From Eledone cirrhosa (taxonomy: Eukaryota): 64,000 bases of DNA. The stretch is from NCBI GenBank assembly GCA_964016885.1, contig OZ024743.1, positions 95,480,001 through 95,544,000 of the forward strand, written 5' to 3'. The translations under genes were made by a program, and so were the position numbers. This document shows, piece by piece, positions 1 through 8,797 of this stretch; position 1 is the first letter of the stretch; each line of letters starts with the position of its first letter. The notes beneath the pieces were generated by a model. The model saw only the letters and a list, made by a program, of their open reading frames with translations, was not told the origin of the DNA and searched no databases.

Positions 1-2282
1 CACCTGGAGGTCCGGTCCGAACCAGACCCCGAGCAGCTTCACCGGGCCCTCCGTCCACCGCCCGACGACACCGTCTAACGGCATCGGTTTGCCCCTCCAC
101 GTTCCGAGTTGCAAACCGACTGACTTGTCCTGGTTCAGCTTAGCCCCCGTCAGCCTTTCGTATTCCTCCAGTAGGGTGGCGATCGCCCCGATTTCCGAGG
201 CGTCCGCCACCATTACTGTTACGTCGTCGGCATAGGCCGAGACCGCTTTGTGCAATCCCGGTTCCAGGGGTATGCCCCGCAGCAACTCCAACTTCCGCAG
301 CAGTGGCTCGAGAGTCAATACGTACAGAAGGGAGGAGAGGGGGCGCCCCTGTCTGATGGATCGGGTGATTTGAAACGGCTCCGAGAGGTAGCCGTTTACT
401 TTAATCCTAGAGTAGATGTTGCCACTGTGCATGGCAGAAATCCAGCCCCTGAAAACGGGTCCGAAGCCCGCCGCCGCTAGCACCGCATCCAGGTAACCAT
501 GGTCGACCCTATCGAACGCCTTAGATTGATCCAAGTTGATCAGGGCCCCACCAAAGCCGGGTTCGTAGCCAACCCTCTCTATGATGTATCGCATGAGGTG
601 GAGGTTGTCGTGAATGGACCTGGACGGGATAGCGCATGTCTGCGCGTCTCCCACTAAACCACCCACCACAAGCGCCAACCTCTTCGCCAACACCTTGGCC
701 AAAATCTGTAACTCTGCATTCAGCAGAGTTATGGGCCTAAAGTTACTTAAGTCGTCCCCCTTGCTCTCGTCCTTCCTCACTAGCGTGACCACGCCCTTGG
801 TCACAGAACAGGGAATTCTCCCGTTCTGTTGCCAGTTGCAATAGACAGCCTCGAGGAGTTCGGAGAACAAGACCGGCATAGCTAAATAAAGTTCGTATGG
901 TAGACCATCGAGACCCGGGGATTTGCGTCTGCTGCATTGGCTGAGCGCTTCCCCGATTTCAGTGGCTGTGATTGGCCCTTCGCAGCACTCCGCTTCGCCG
1001 CTCGAAAGACGCGGTAGACCGTCGAGGTATGGACCGAAGTCCACATCCCCGTCCGGCCCCCCGCCACCTCCGAACAGTCGAGCAAAGTGCCTTTGAAAGG
1101 TCTCGCACATTCGCTCAGGTTCAAGGATCACCCGTCCATCCTGGTCTCGCAAAGACCGAATGGTGGATTTAATCCCACTCTTGGCTTCTGTCACGCGGGC
1201 CCAGCTAACAGCTTTGGTCCCCTCGTTTCCTAAAGCACGTATTTTACTTCGGACAACGCAGCCTTCGTGCTTCGCGTCAAAGAACTGGCTCAATGCCGTT
1301 CTCGTCGCTAACACTCTGGCTACGTCTCCGCTCCTAATCGCCTCTTCTAGTTTATCTGTTAACTCCCTTTCCCTCCTATTTCTATTCGCCGCTAGTTCCT
1401 TACTGTAACCTATCGAACTTACTCTAATCTCTCTCTTTAGAGATATCCACCACCTACTGTTGACGATCGCTCCCGTCAACCGCATCTTAACTAAGCTACT
1501 AATCCGGTTTCTGTAATCTTTCTTTGTCGGTAAGGACAAATTCATCTTCCAGTAACCGGGACCCTGTCTATGCGTTCTATCAAGGTTGACCACGCAGGTC
1601 ACTAATTTGTGATCTGAATAGCCAACCATGATCAGTTCTGGACAACTAAATACGTCCCTATCCTTACTCCTAACCAAAAACCTATCTAGGTACGATCTAG
1701 ATTGTCCACTGCGGTTTGCCCAGGTCCAGGTTGGCGCAGTTGGACAATCTAGTCGAAATCTATCGACCAGGTCGAATCGATCGAGTAACCCCTTGAGGCT
1801 GCTACACCCCCCTCTATCGGGACATGCCCCTGCATAGTCCCAACGCGCATCTAGGATTCCATTCCAGTCCCCCACTAAAAGCAGGGAACGCGACGTTCCT
1901 AGAAAAGTCTCCAGACGTTGGAAGAAGTCGGCTCTCTCCGCCCCGAAGGGAGCATAAAGACCGACCAGTCTGAAAGCCCCGCCTTCACCACCTCCGACGT
2001 CCAGCACCAGTAATCGACCCCCCGGGTCCGAGTGAACAATCTGTACGTCGAGAGTTAGACGTTTATCCAGCAGTACGGCAACTCCCCCCCCGCCTCCGGG
2101 TTGACAGAGAGATGTGTGCATCTCAAAGTCATCGAAGGCGGGCGCCAGCTGTCTCACGCTGCTGATCCGACTCTCGCAAACAACCATCACATCTATACTT
2201 TGTGACCTGAGGTCACTTAGAAGCTTTGCTTGCTTCCAAGCTGAGCTCAGGCCACGCGCGTTCAAACAGCCAACTCTCAATT
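1..2282 (-). CDS. Copy A ORF2 (apurinic endonuclease + reverse transcriptase), partial; no ATG at the N-terminus
   Basis: Manual translation at spot-checked segments gives LRVGCLNARGLSSAWKQAKL, GWISAMHSGNIYSRIKVNGY and ITRSIRQGRPLSSLLYVLTLE, matching copy B ORF2. Absent from the ORF track, presumably because it has no stop inside the window; not checked codon by codon. Confidence 0.85.
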
Positions 2283-2285
2283 GAT

Positions 2286-4121
2286 CTATTTTGGTGTTGA
2301 AAGTGAAGAAAGAAAAGCACTTACCTCTCCGGGTTGCGTAATTTCCATGGCATCAGGTGTGTTGGGTGGAGGGATGTTTTGTGGTGGTGTGGGGGTACAC
2401 GTGTGAGGTGGGGTTGGGGTATTTGGAGTTGTGTCAGGGAGAGGGGCGGTTATGGGGAAATCTTTCAAGAGGACGCGATTCAACGGTTTTAAACAGGGGG
2501 GGCTCACGTCCCGTCTAAATTGTTCTTTTAAGGAACGATAAAGGTCCAGAGGGACCTTTATCATTTTTAAATGGGTGAAGTTCTCTGTTGAGATAAAGTT
2601 TGGCCCTTCGGTCTGCACCATAGGGTTATTGTTTATTAATTTAACCAGTTTTTTGTTTTCTTTATTTATATATGTGTATTGCAACGTCTTTTTTTGTGAT
2701 GCTGTCAATGTTTCGGAGAGGGGAGGCGCAGATTTATTTTTGTTTGTTGAGGGTGGGGTGTTTTTGATTGGAGTTGGTGTTTGTGTGTGGGTTATTTGTG
2801 GTGTGCTGGGTGTGTGTTTTCTTTTTTTTCTTTTAACTTGTCTGAAGGCTTCTCCTCCTTCTTCTTCAGAAGTTGGGGGAAACTCTTCAGCGCTAGGTGG
2901 GAGGGACGTGTTGTGTGGTTGTTTTTTTTTTGCGGGAGGGGTAGATTTGTTACTGTTTTTTTTATTATTTGTTTGGAATGGGTTTTGTGGTGGTGGTGGT
3001 GGTAATGTTTGTGTCGTGCTTGTGGTTGGTAATGGTGGTGGTGATGTTTGTGTTGTGGTTGGTGGTGGTGATTTTTGTGTCGTGCTTGTGTTTGGTGCTG
3101 GTGGTGGTGATGTTTGTGTTGTGTTTGTGGTTGGTGGTGTCTGTATTTTGTTTGCTGTGTGTGGTATTAGTGTATTTTTGGAGGTGGGTGGTGCTGGTGT
3201 ACTGTTTGTGGTGGGTGTGGGCAATAGTCCTTTTTGGGGGATACGTTTCGGGCAGTTAGCCTTAACGTGTCCCCTTTCCATGCATAAATAGCATGCTGGT
3301 CTTCTCCCCTCTACAATTATGTCTATTGGGGTAAGGTCATCCAGCCAGATGCGATCCGGGATTTGTGCTATTCTTTCGGGCCTCATTTGGACTAGTATGT
3401 CGAGGCCCATTCCCAGGAACGCATCTCCAGTTGCCTTCCCCATTGACAGCATAGTGTCTTCGCCCATATCAATGAAGCCAGCAATAGCCCACCAGAAGTC
3501 CATTGTGGGCAGCATTGTTTTTACTTTTACCCTCTGTGTTCTTCTACCCATGTAGGAGGGATAGAAGCTATATGTTGTCGACGAGAGTGGGCTTAGGGAA
3601 AGCTGAACCGCCGTTTCTTTGTCTCTTGTTAGGACCGAAATGCTGCCATAGAGTCGGTCCTTTCGTATGAAGAGAATATTCTTCATATAGTCTTTTAGGA
3701 CTAACTCTATTTCCATTTGGCTGGGCTGTGCTGGCTTTCTTGACTGGTTTAGTATAGTTCTGTATATAACTGTGTTTTCTTCTCTGGCTTTCTTGAATTC
3801 TGGGGGGGAGTTAATGGAAAACATTCCGTTCTCTCCCAAAACAATATGTTTCTTTGCTTCGGCCAGTTTTTCTCTGGCGGCAGTTAGGTCAATTGGTGTG
3901 TATGTAATGGATTGCTTTGTTTTCTGGGCGAAAGTTGCCCTGTCGTTATTTGTATTATTTTCTGTTTGTTTGTTTTCTGTTTGCTCATTTTCCTTAACAT
4001 TTGTTTTTTCATTTTGTTTGTTTGTTTCAATGTCTAATTTTGTTGTAATTATTTTTTGTTCTTCAGACTTGGGGGGCGTGGCAGAGCTAATGGCAGACAT
4101 GTCTGCCATCTTTTCCGCCAT
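2286..4121 (-). CDS. Copy A ORF1 (Gag-like nucleic-acid chaperone)
   Basis: ORF 2286..4148; first ATG at 4121 (MAEKMADM). CCHC knuckle CYLCMERGHVKANC, Pro/Thr-rich linker, basic KRKKRKH, homologous to copy B ORF1. Confidence 0.9.
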   Translation of the reverse strand: MAEKMADMSAISSATPPKSEEQKIITTKLDIETNKQNEKTNVKENEQTENKQTENNTNNDRATFAQKTKQSITYTPIDLTAAREKLAEAKKHIVLGENGMFSINSPPEFKKAREENTVIYRTILNQSRKPAQPSQMEIELVLKDYMKNILFIRKDRLYGSISVLTRDKETAVQLSLSPLSSTTYSFYPSYMGRRTQRVKVKTMLPTMDFWWAIAGFIDMGEDTMLSMGKATGDAFLGMGLDILVQMRPERIAQIPDRIWLDDLTPIDIIVEGRRPACYLCMERGHVKANCPKRIPQKGLLPTPTTNSTPAPPTSKNTLIPHTANKIQTPPTTNTTQTSPPPAPNTSTTQKSPPPTTTQTSPPPLPTTSTTQTLPPPPPQNPFQTNNKKNSNKSTPPAKKKQPHNTSLPPSAEEFPPTSEEEGGEAFRQVKRKKRKHTPSTPQITHTQTPTPIKNTPPSTNKNKSAPPLSETLTASQKKTLQYTYINKENKKLVKLINNNPMVQTEGPNFISTENFTHLKMIKVPLDLYRSLKEQFRRDVSPPCLKPLNRVLLKDFPITAPLPDTTPNTPTPPHTCTPTPPQNIPPPNTPDAMEITQPGEVSAFLSSLSTPK

Positions 4122-4324
4122 GCTGCCAAGAAAGAAATTTTTCGGCAAAAATAGATATTTATTTTACCCCCTAAAAAGGGGGTAAATGCAAAAATGTTTC
4201 CCTAAATAACAGGGGTTAGTGTTCCAAATGTGTTGCACTAAAAATTTTATCCGGTACTTACAATAGTAAGGGTAAATCCCGATGGAATAGCGGAGCCGAT
4301 GCGAAGCGTGTCTTACTCTATCAA

Positions 4325-4878
4325 GATAGATAGATAGATAGATAGATTTCTTTTATTTGCCACTAGGGCATCAAAAGTGGGACAAGTACAAAGGGGGGAG
4401 TTTACACAAAAAGGCGTCCTCAATAAGGAGGAGGCAATAACAAAATATAAAAATAAAATAAGATATCACAAAAAATAAAATTTTTAACAAAATCCTCAAT
4501 AGGGAGGAGGCGCCTTGGGGGGTCGCACACACCCCCGAAAAAAGTGTGCAACCCTTCTCCTCAGGAGCACAGAGAAGGGGTGCTCCCTTGGTCTTTCATC
4601 TTCCTCACCTATAGTCTGATGTAGAGTGAAGGCCCATTCACACGGGCCATTCTCGCCACTTTCACCCATCTTTCATAGAAACGGCTGGGGTGCAGCACCT
4701 CTCTCTCCATCCTGATCCTTCTTCCGAAATGATAACGGAAGAAACGGACCAGTTGTTGGCCAGAGAGAAAGGTGCCTGACCTCAGTCCTTTCAGACGCGT
4801 CCACCATACAACCTCTTTCGCCATGGCTATTACGCACAGAAACACCGCCTCTGTTTCATCTTTGAAGGGGGGAGGCGG

Positions 4879-4883
<5 letters not shown>
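4325..4883 (-). mobile_element. 5'-truncated Tx1 copy C (ORF2 C-terminus + 3' UTR + (TATC)n)
   Basis: Near-identical to 5072-5610 of copy B (KPPPPFKDE...GPSLYIRL*). Ends AATAAAAGAAA(TCTA)n; truncated at 4883 against (GA)n. Confidence 0.95.
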
Positions 4884-4939
<56 letters not shown>

Positions 4940-4982
4940 GAGATTTCTTTAATTGCCACAAGGCTGCACAAGAAAAGGGGAC

Positions 4983-5052
<70 letters not shown>

Positions 5053-5071
5053 ATAGATAGATAGATAGATA
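4884..5071. repeat. (GA)n/(GATA)n compound microsatellite containing a 41-bp retrotransposon 3' stub
   Basis: Directly visible; stub at 4943-4983. Confidence 0.95.
4943..4983 (-). mobile_element. Extreme 3' stub of a related Tx1-like family (copy D)
   Basis: Minus strand TGTCCCCTTTTCTTGTGCAGCCTTGTGGCAATTAAAGAAAT(CT)n resembles the B/C terminus TGTCCCACTTTTGATGCCCTAGTGGCAAATAAAAGAAA. Confidence 0.7.
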
Positions 5072-5335
5072 TGTTTCTTTTATTTGCCACTAGGGCATCA
5101 AAAGTGGGACAAGTACAATGGGGGGAGTTTACACAAAAAGGCGTCCTCAATAAGGAGGAGGCAATAACAAAATATAAAAATAAAATAAGATATAACAAAA
5201 AATAAAATTTTTAACAAAATCCTCAATAGAGAGGAGGCGCCTTGAGGGGTCGCACACACCCCCGAAAAAAGTGTGCAACCCTTCTCCTCAGGAGCACAGA
5301 GAAGGGGTGCTCCCTTGGTCTTTCATCTTCCTCAC

Positions 5336-8300
5336 CTATAGTCTGATGTAGAGTGAAGGCCCATTCACACGGGCCATTCTCGCCACTTTCACCCATCTTT
5401 CATAGAAACGGCTGGGGTGCAGCACCTCTCTCTCCATCCTGATCCTTCTTCCGAAATGATATCGGAAGAAACGGACCAGTTGTTGGCCAGAGAGAAAGGT
5501 GCCTGACCTCAGTCCTTTCAGACGCGTCCACCATACAACCTCTTTCGCCATGGCTATTACGCACAGAAACACCGCCTCTGCTTCATCTTTGAAGGGGGGA
5601 GGCGGCTTGATCATTACAATAGACTCGGTGGTCAACCGGATCGGTCCCACCCTTGACAGCAGTTGTTCGACATAGCCCCACAGATCGGCTACGCCCGCGC
5701 AGTGTACCAATGCGTGTGCAACGGTTTCCTCGTCGCACACGCATCTGGGACAGATCTTTTTGGCGGGGTCCCTACCCGGGCGCCCGTGTCTGTAGAGCCT
5801 TTCTCGAACGGGTAAAGCCCCTCGGTAGCACTGCCAGGCCAGGGACTTCTGGAAGTTGTCCATAGGTCCCGGGCTGAATGTCCTACCGAACAGGCTGGCC
5901 AGTTCGTCCTCCTCCATGTCTAGGGCTTCTCCGAGGGCGTCGTCGCACCTGCTGCGTACCAGCCCTCTATAGAATGTTGCGGTGGAGTCTCCACTGATAA
6001 CCGGATCCGCCTGCCAGAGGGCGGTGAGCGCCTGGGCACACTCAGTGTGCCAGGCGCCCAGTTTTCTCGGTCTTTGCTTGACCCAGGATTGCAGCTCGGT
6101 GAGTGAGACGAGTCTGGGAAAGGTTCGTCTCACAAACGAGGCCCACACCGGTTGTCCGGTGAGGAATACGTAGAGGTGCCGTAGCCTTAATGCGTGTTTA
6201 CGCATCATTAGCCACGGCATCCCCAGCCCTCCTTTCGAAGGGTGTTGACAGCAGATGGATCTCCTCACCATAGGAGCCCGCCTCTTCCAAAGGAATTGGA
6301 AGAGCGCGCGCTCCATCTTGGTGAGGGTTTCCCTTGGGCAGGGCACTACGGTCAGGCGGTAGTAGATGACGGACGCTATGTAGGTGTTCGCCACCTCCGC
6401 CCGACCTTTCAGGGATAGTTTGCAACTGGCCCACTTCTGGGTCAGTGCAAACACCCTGTTCGTAACCTCCGCCCAGTTTTTCTCCACCTGGAGGTCCGGT
6501 CCGAACCAGACCCCGAGCAACTTCACCGGGCCCACCGTCCAGCGTCCGACGACGCCATCGGAGGGCATCGGTCTGCCCCTCCACGTGCCGAGTTGCAAAC
6601 CGATCGACTTGTCCCGGTTCAGCTTAGCCCCTGTGAACTTTTCGTACTCCTCCAGTAAGGTGCCGACCGCCTCGATTTCGGAGGCCGTCGACACCATTAC
6701 TGTCACGTCATCGGCGTAGGCCGACACCGCTTTCCGCAATCCCGGTTCCAAAGGGATGCCCTGCAACAACTCCAACTTCCGCAGTAGTGGCTCTAGAGTC
6801 AACACATACAGAAGGGAGGAGAGAGGGCACCCTTGTCGGATGGACCGCACGATTTTGAACGGCTCCGAGAGGTAGCCGTTCACCTTGACCCTAGAGCAGA
6901 TGCGGCTGCTGTGCATAGCAGTGATCCAGCCCCTGAAAACGGGTCCGAAGCCTGCCGCCGCTAGCACCGCATCCAGGTAACCATGGTCGACCCTATCGAA
7001 CGCCTTAGATTGATCCAAGTTGATCAGAGCCCCACCAAAGCCGGGTTCGTTCCCAACCCTCTCTATGATGTATCGCATGAGGTGGAGGTTGTCATGGATG
7101 GACCTGGACGGGATAGCGCATGTCTGCGCATCTCCCACCAGGTTACCCACGACAAGCGCCAACCTCTTTGCTAGCACCTTGGCCAAAATCTGTAACTCTG
7201 TATTTAGCAGTGTTATGGGCCTGAAGTTACTTATTTCGTCCCCCTTGTTCTCGTCCTTCCTCACTAGCGTGACTACGCCCTTGGTCACAGTACAGGGAAT
7301 TCTCCCGTTCTGTTGCCAGTTGCAGTAGACCACCTCGAGGAGATCGGGGAACAAGTCCGGCATAGCTAGATATAATTCGTAAGGAAGACCATCGAGACCC
7401 GGGGATTTGCGTTTGCCGCATTGGCTCAGCACGTCCTCTATCTCAGCGGCCGAAATCGGCTCCTCGCAGGACTTCGCCTCCCTGTCCGAGAGGCGCGGCA
7501 GGCCGTCGAGGTATGGACCGAAGTCCACGTTCCCAACCGGCTCCCCGCCCCTCCCGAACAGTCGGGCAAAGTGCCTTTGAAAGGCCTCACACATCTGCTT
7601 AGGCTCAAGAATCGCTCGTCCATCCAGGTCTCGCAAAGACCGGATGGTTGATTTAGTTCCACTGTTGGCCTCTGTCACGCGGGCCCAGCTAACAGCTTTG
7701 GTCCCCTCGTTCCCTAGAGCACGTATTTTACTTCGGACAACGCAGCCTTCGTGCTTCGCGTCGAAAAACTGGCTCAAAGCCGTTCTCGACGCTAGCACTC
7801 TGGCCACGTCGCCGCTTCTAATTGCCTCTTCTACTCTATCTATTAGCTCCCTTTCCTTCCTATTCCTATCCGCAGCTAGAACCTTACTAAATTCTATCGA
7901 GACTACTCTAATCTCTCTCTTTAGAGATACCCACCACCTGCTGTTGACGATCGCTCCAGTCAACCGTTCCTTAACTAACGTACTAATCCGATTCCTGTAG
8001 GCTCTACTTGCCGGCAAGGACAAGTTGAGCTTCCAGTAACCGGGGCCCTGTCTATGAGTTCTGTCAAGGTTGACCATGCAGGTCACTAATTTGTGGTCTG
8101 AATAGCCAACCATGCGCATTTTTGGACAACTTAAAAAGTCCTTATCCTTAATTCTAACTAAGAACCTATCTAGGTACGACCTAGATGATCCGCTACGATT
8201 TGCCCAAGTCCAGGTTGGCGCAGTCGGAAAATGTAGTCGATATCTATCGGCCAGGTCAAATCGACCGATTAACCCTTTGAGGCTATTACACCCCTCTCTA

Positions 8301-8797
8301 TCGGGGCAGGCCCCTACGTAGTCCCAGCGTGCATCTAGGATACCATTCCAGTCCCCCACTAATAGCAAGGAGCGGGACGTCCCTAGAAAAGTCTCCAGAC
8401 GATGGAAGAAGTCCGGCCGCATTGACCCGAAAGGGCCGTAGGCGGCTACCAACCTAAACGCTCCGCCTTTACCACTGCCAAGGTCCAGAACCACTAGTCG
8501 ACCCTCCGGGTCCAAATGTACCATCTGTGTTGCGAGACCCAGATGTTTTTGCAGCAGAACGACAACTCCACCCCCGCCTCCGGGCTGACAGAGAGATGCG
8601 TGCATCTCAAAATCATCAAAGGTGGGGGCCAGCTGTCGCACGTTGCTGATCCGGGCCTCGCAAATAACCATCACATCTATACGTTGTGACCTGAGGTCAT
8701 TTAGAAGCATTGCTTGCTTCCAAGTTGAGCCCAGGCCACGCGCATTTAAACAGCCTACTCTTAGCATAGCCATGTTGGTAGTGAAGAGAAAGGGCAC
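5336..8797 (-). CDS. Copy B ORF2: APE endonuclease, reverse transcriptase, C-terminal CCHC finger
   Basis: APE motifs CLNARGL, CEAR, GDWN, YLDRF, SDH. RT motifs SPGLDGL, FRPITLLN, LDQSKAFDRVDH, IRQGCPLS, YADD. Finger CPRC...HALVHC. WKLN linker typical of L1/Tx1. First ATG at 8773. Confidence 0.97.
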   Translation of the reverse strand: MPFLFTTNMAMLRVGCLNARGLGSTWKQAMLLNDLRSQRIDVMVICEARISNVRQLAPTFDDFEMHASLCQPGGGGGVVVLLQKHLGLATQMVHLDPEGRLVVLDLGSGKGGAFRLVAAYGPFGSMRPDFFHRLETFLGTSRSLLLVGDWNGILDARWDYVGACPDREGCNSLKGLIGRFDLADRYRLHFPTAPTWTWANRSGSSRSYLDRFLVRIKDKDFLSCPKMRMVGYSDHKLVTCMVNLDRTHRQGPGYWKLNLSLPASRAYRNRISTLVKERLTGAIVNSRWWVSLKREIRVVSIEFSKVLAADRNRKERELIDRVEEAIRSGDVARVLASRTALSQFFDAKHEGCVVRSKIRALGNEGTKAVSWARVTEANSGTKSTIRSLRDLDGRAILEPKQMCEAFQRHFARLFGRGGEPVGNVDFGPYLDGLPRLSDREAKSCEEPISAAEIEDVLSQCGKRKSPGLDGLPYELYLAMPDLFPDLLEVVYCNWQQNGRIPCTVTKGVVTLVRKDENKGDEISNFRPITLLNTELQILAKVLAKRLALVVGNLVGDAQTCAIPSRSIHDNLHLMRYIIERVGNEPGFGGALINLDQSKAFDRVDHGYLDAVLAAAGFGPVFRGWITAMHSSRICSRVKVNGYLSEPFKIVRSIRQGCPLSSLLYVLTLEPLLRKLELLQGIPLEPGLRKAVSAYADDVTVMVSTASEIEAVGTLLEEYEKFTGAKLNRDKSIGLQLGTWRGRPMPSDGVVGRWTVGPVKLLGVWFGPDLQVEKNWAEVTNRVFALTQKWASCKLSLKGRAEVANTYIASVIYYRLTVVPCPRETLTKMERALFQFLWKRRAPMVRRSICCQHPSKGGLGMPWLMMRKHALRLRHLYVFLTGQPVWASFVRRTFPRLVSLTELQSWVKQRPRKLGAWHTECAQALTALWQADPVISGDSTATFYRGLVRSRCDDALGEALDMEEDELASLFGRTFSPGPMDNFQKSLAWQCYRGALPVRERLYRHGRPGRDPAKKICPRCVCDEETVAHALVHCAGVADLWGYVEQLLSRVGPIRLTTESIVMIKPPPPFKDEAEAVFLCVIAMAKEVVWWTRLKGLRSGTFLSGQQLVRFFRYHFGRRIRMEREVLHPSRFYERWVKVARMARVNGPSLYIRL

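Larger units (their letters stand above)
1..4324 (-). mobile_element. L1/Tx1-clade non-LTR retrotransposon, copy A (5' UTR + ORF1 + 5' two-thirds of ORF2; runs off the window's left edge)
   Basis: ORF1 with CCHC knuckle followed by an APE+RT frame collinear with copy B ORF2; 5' end abuts (GATA)n at 4325. Confidence 0.93.
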
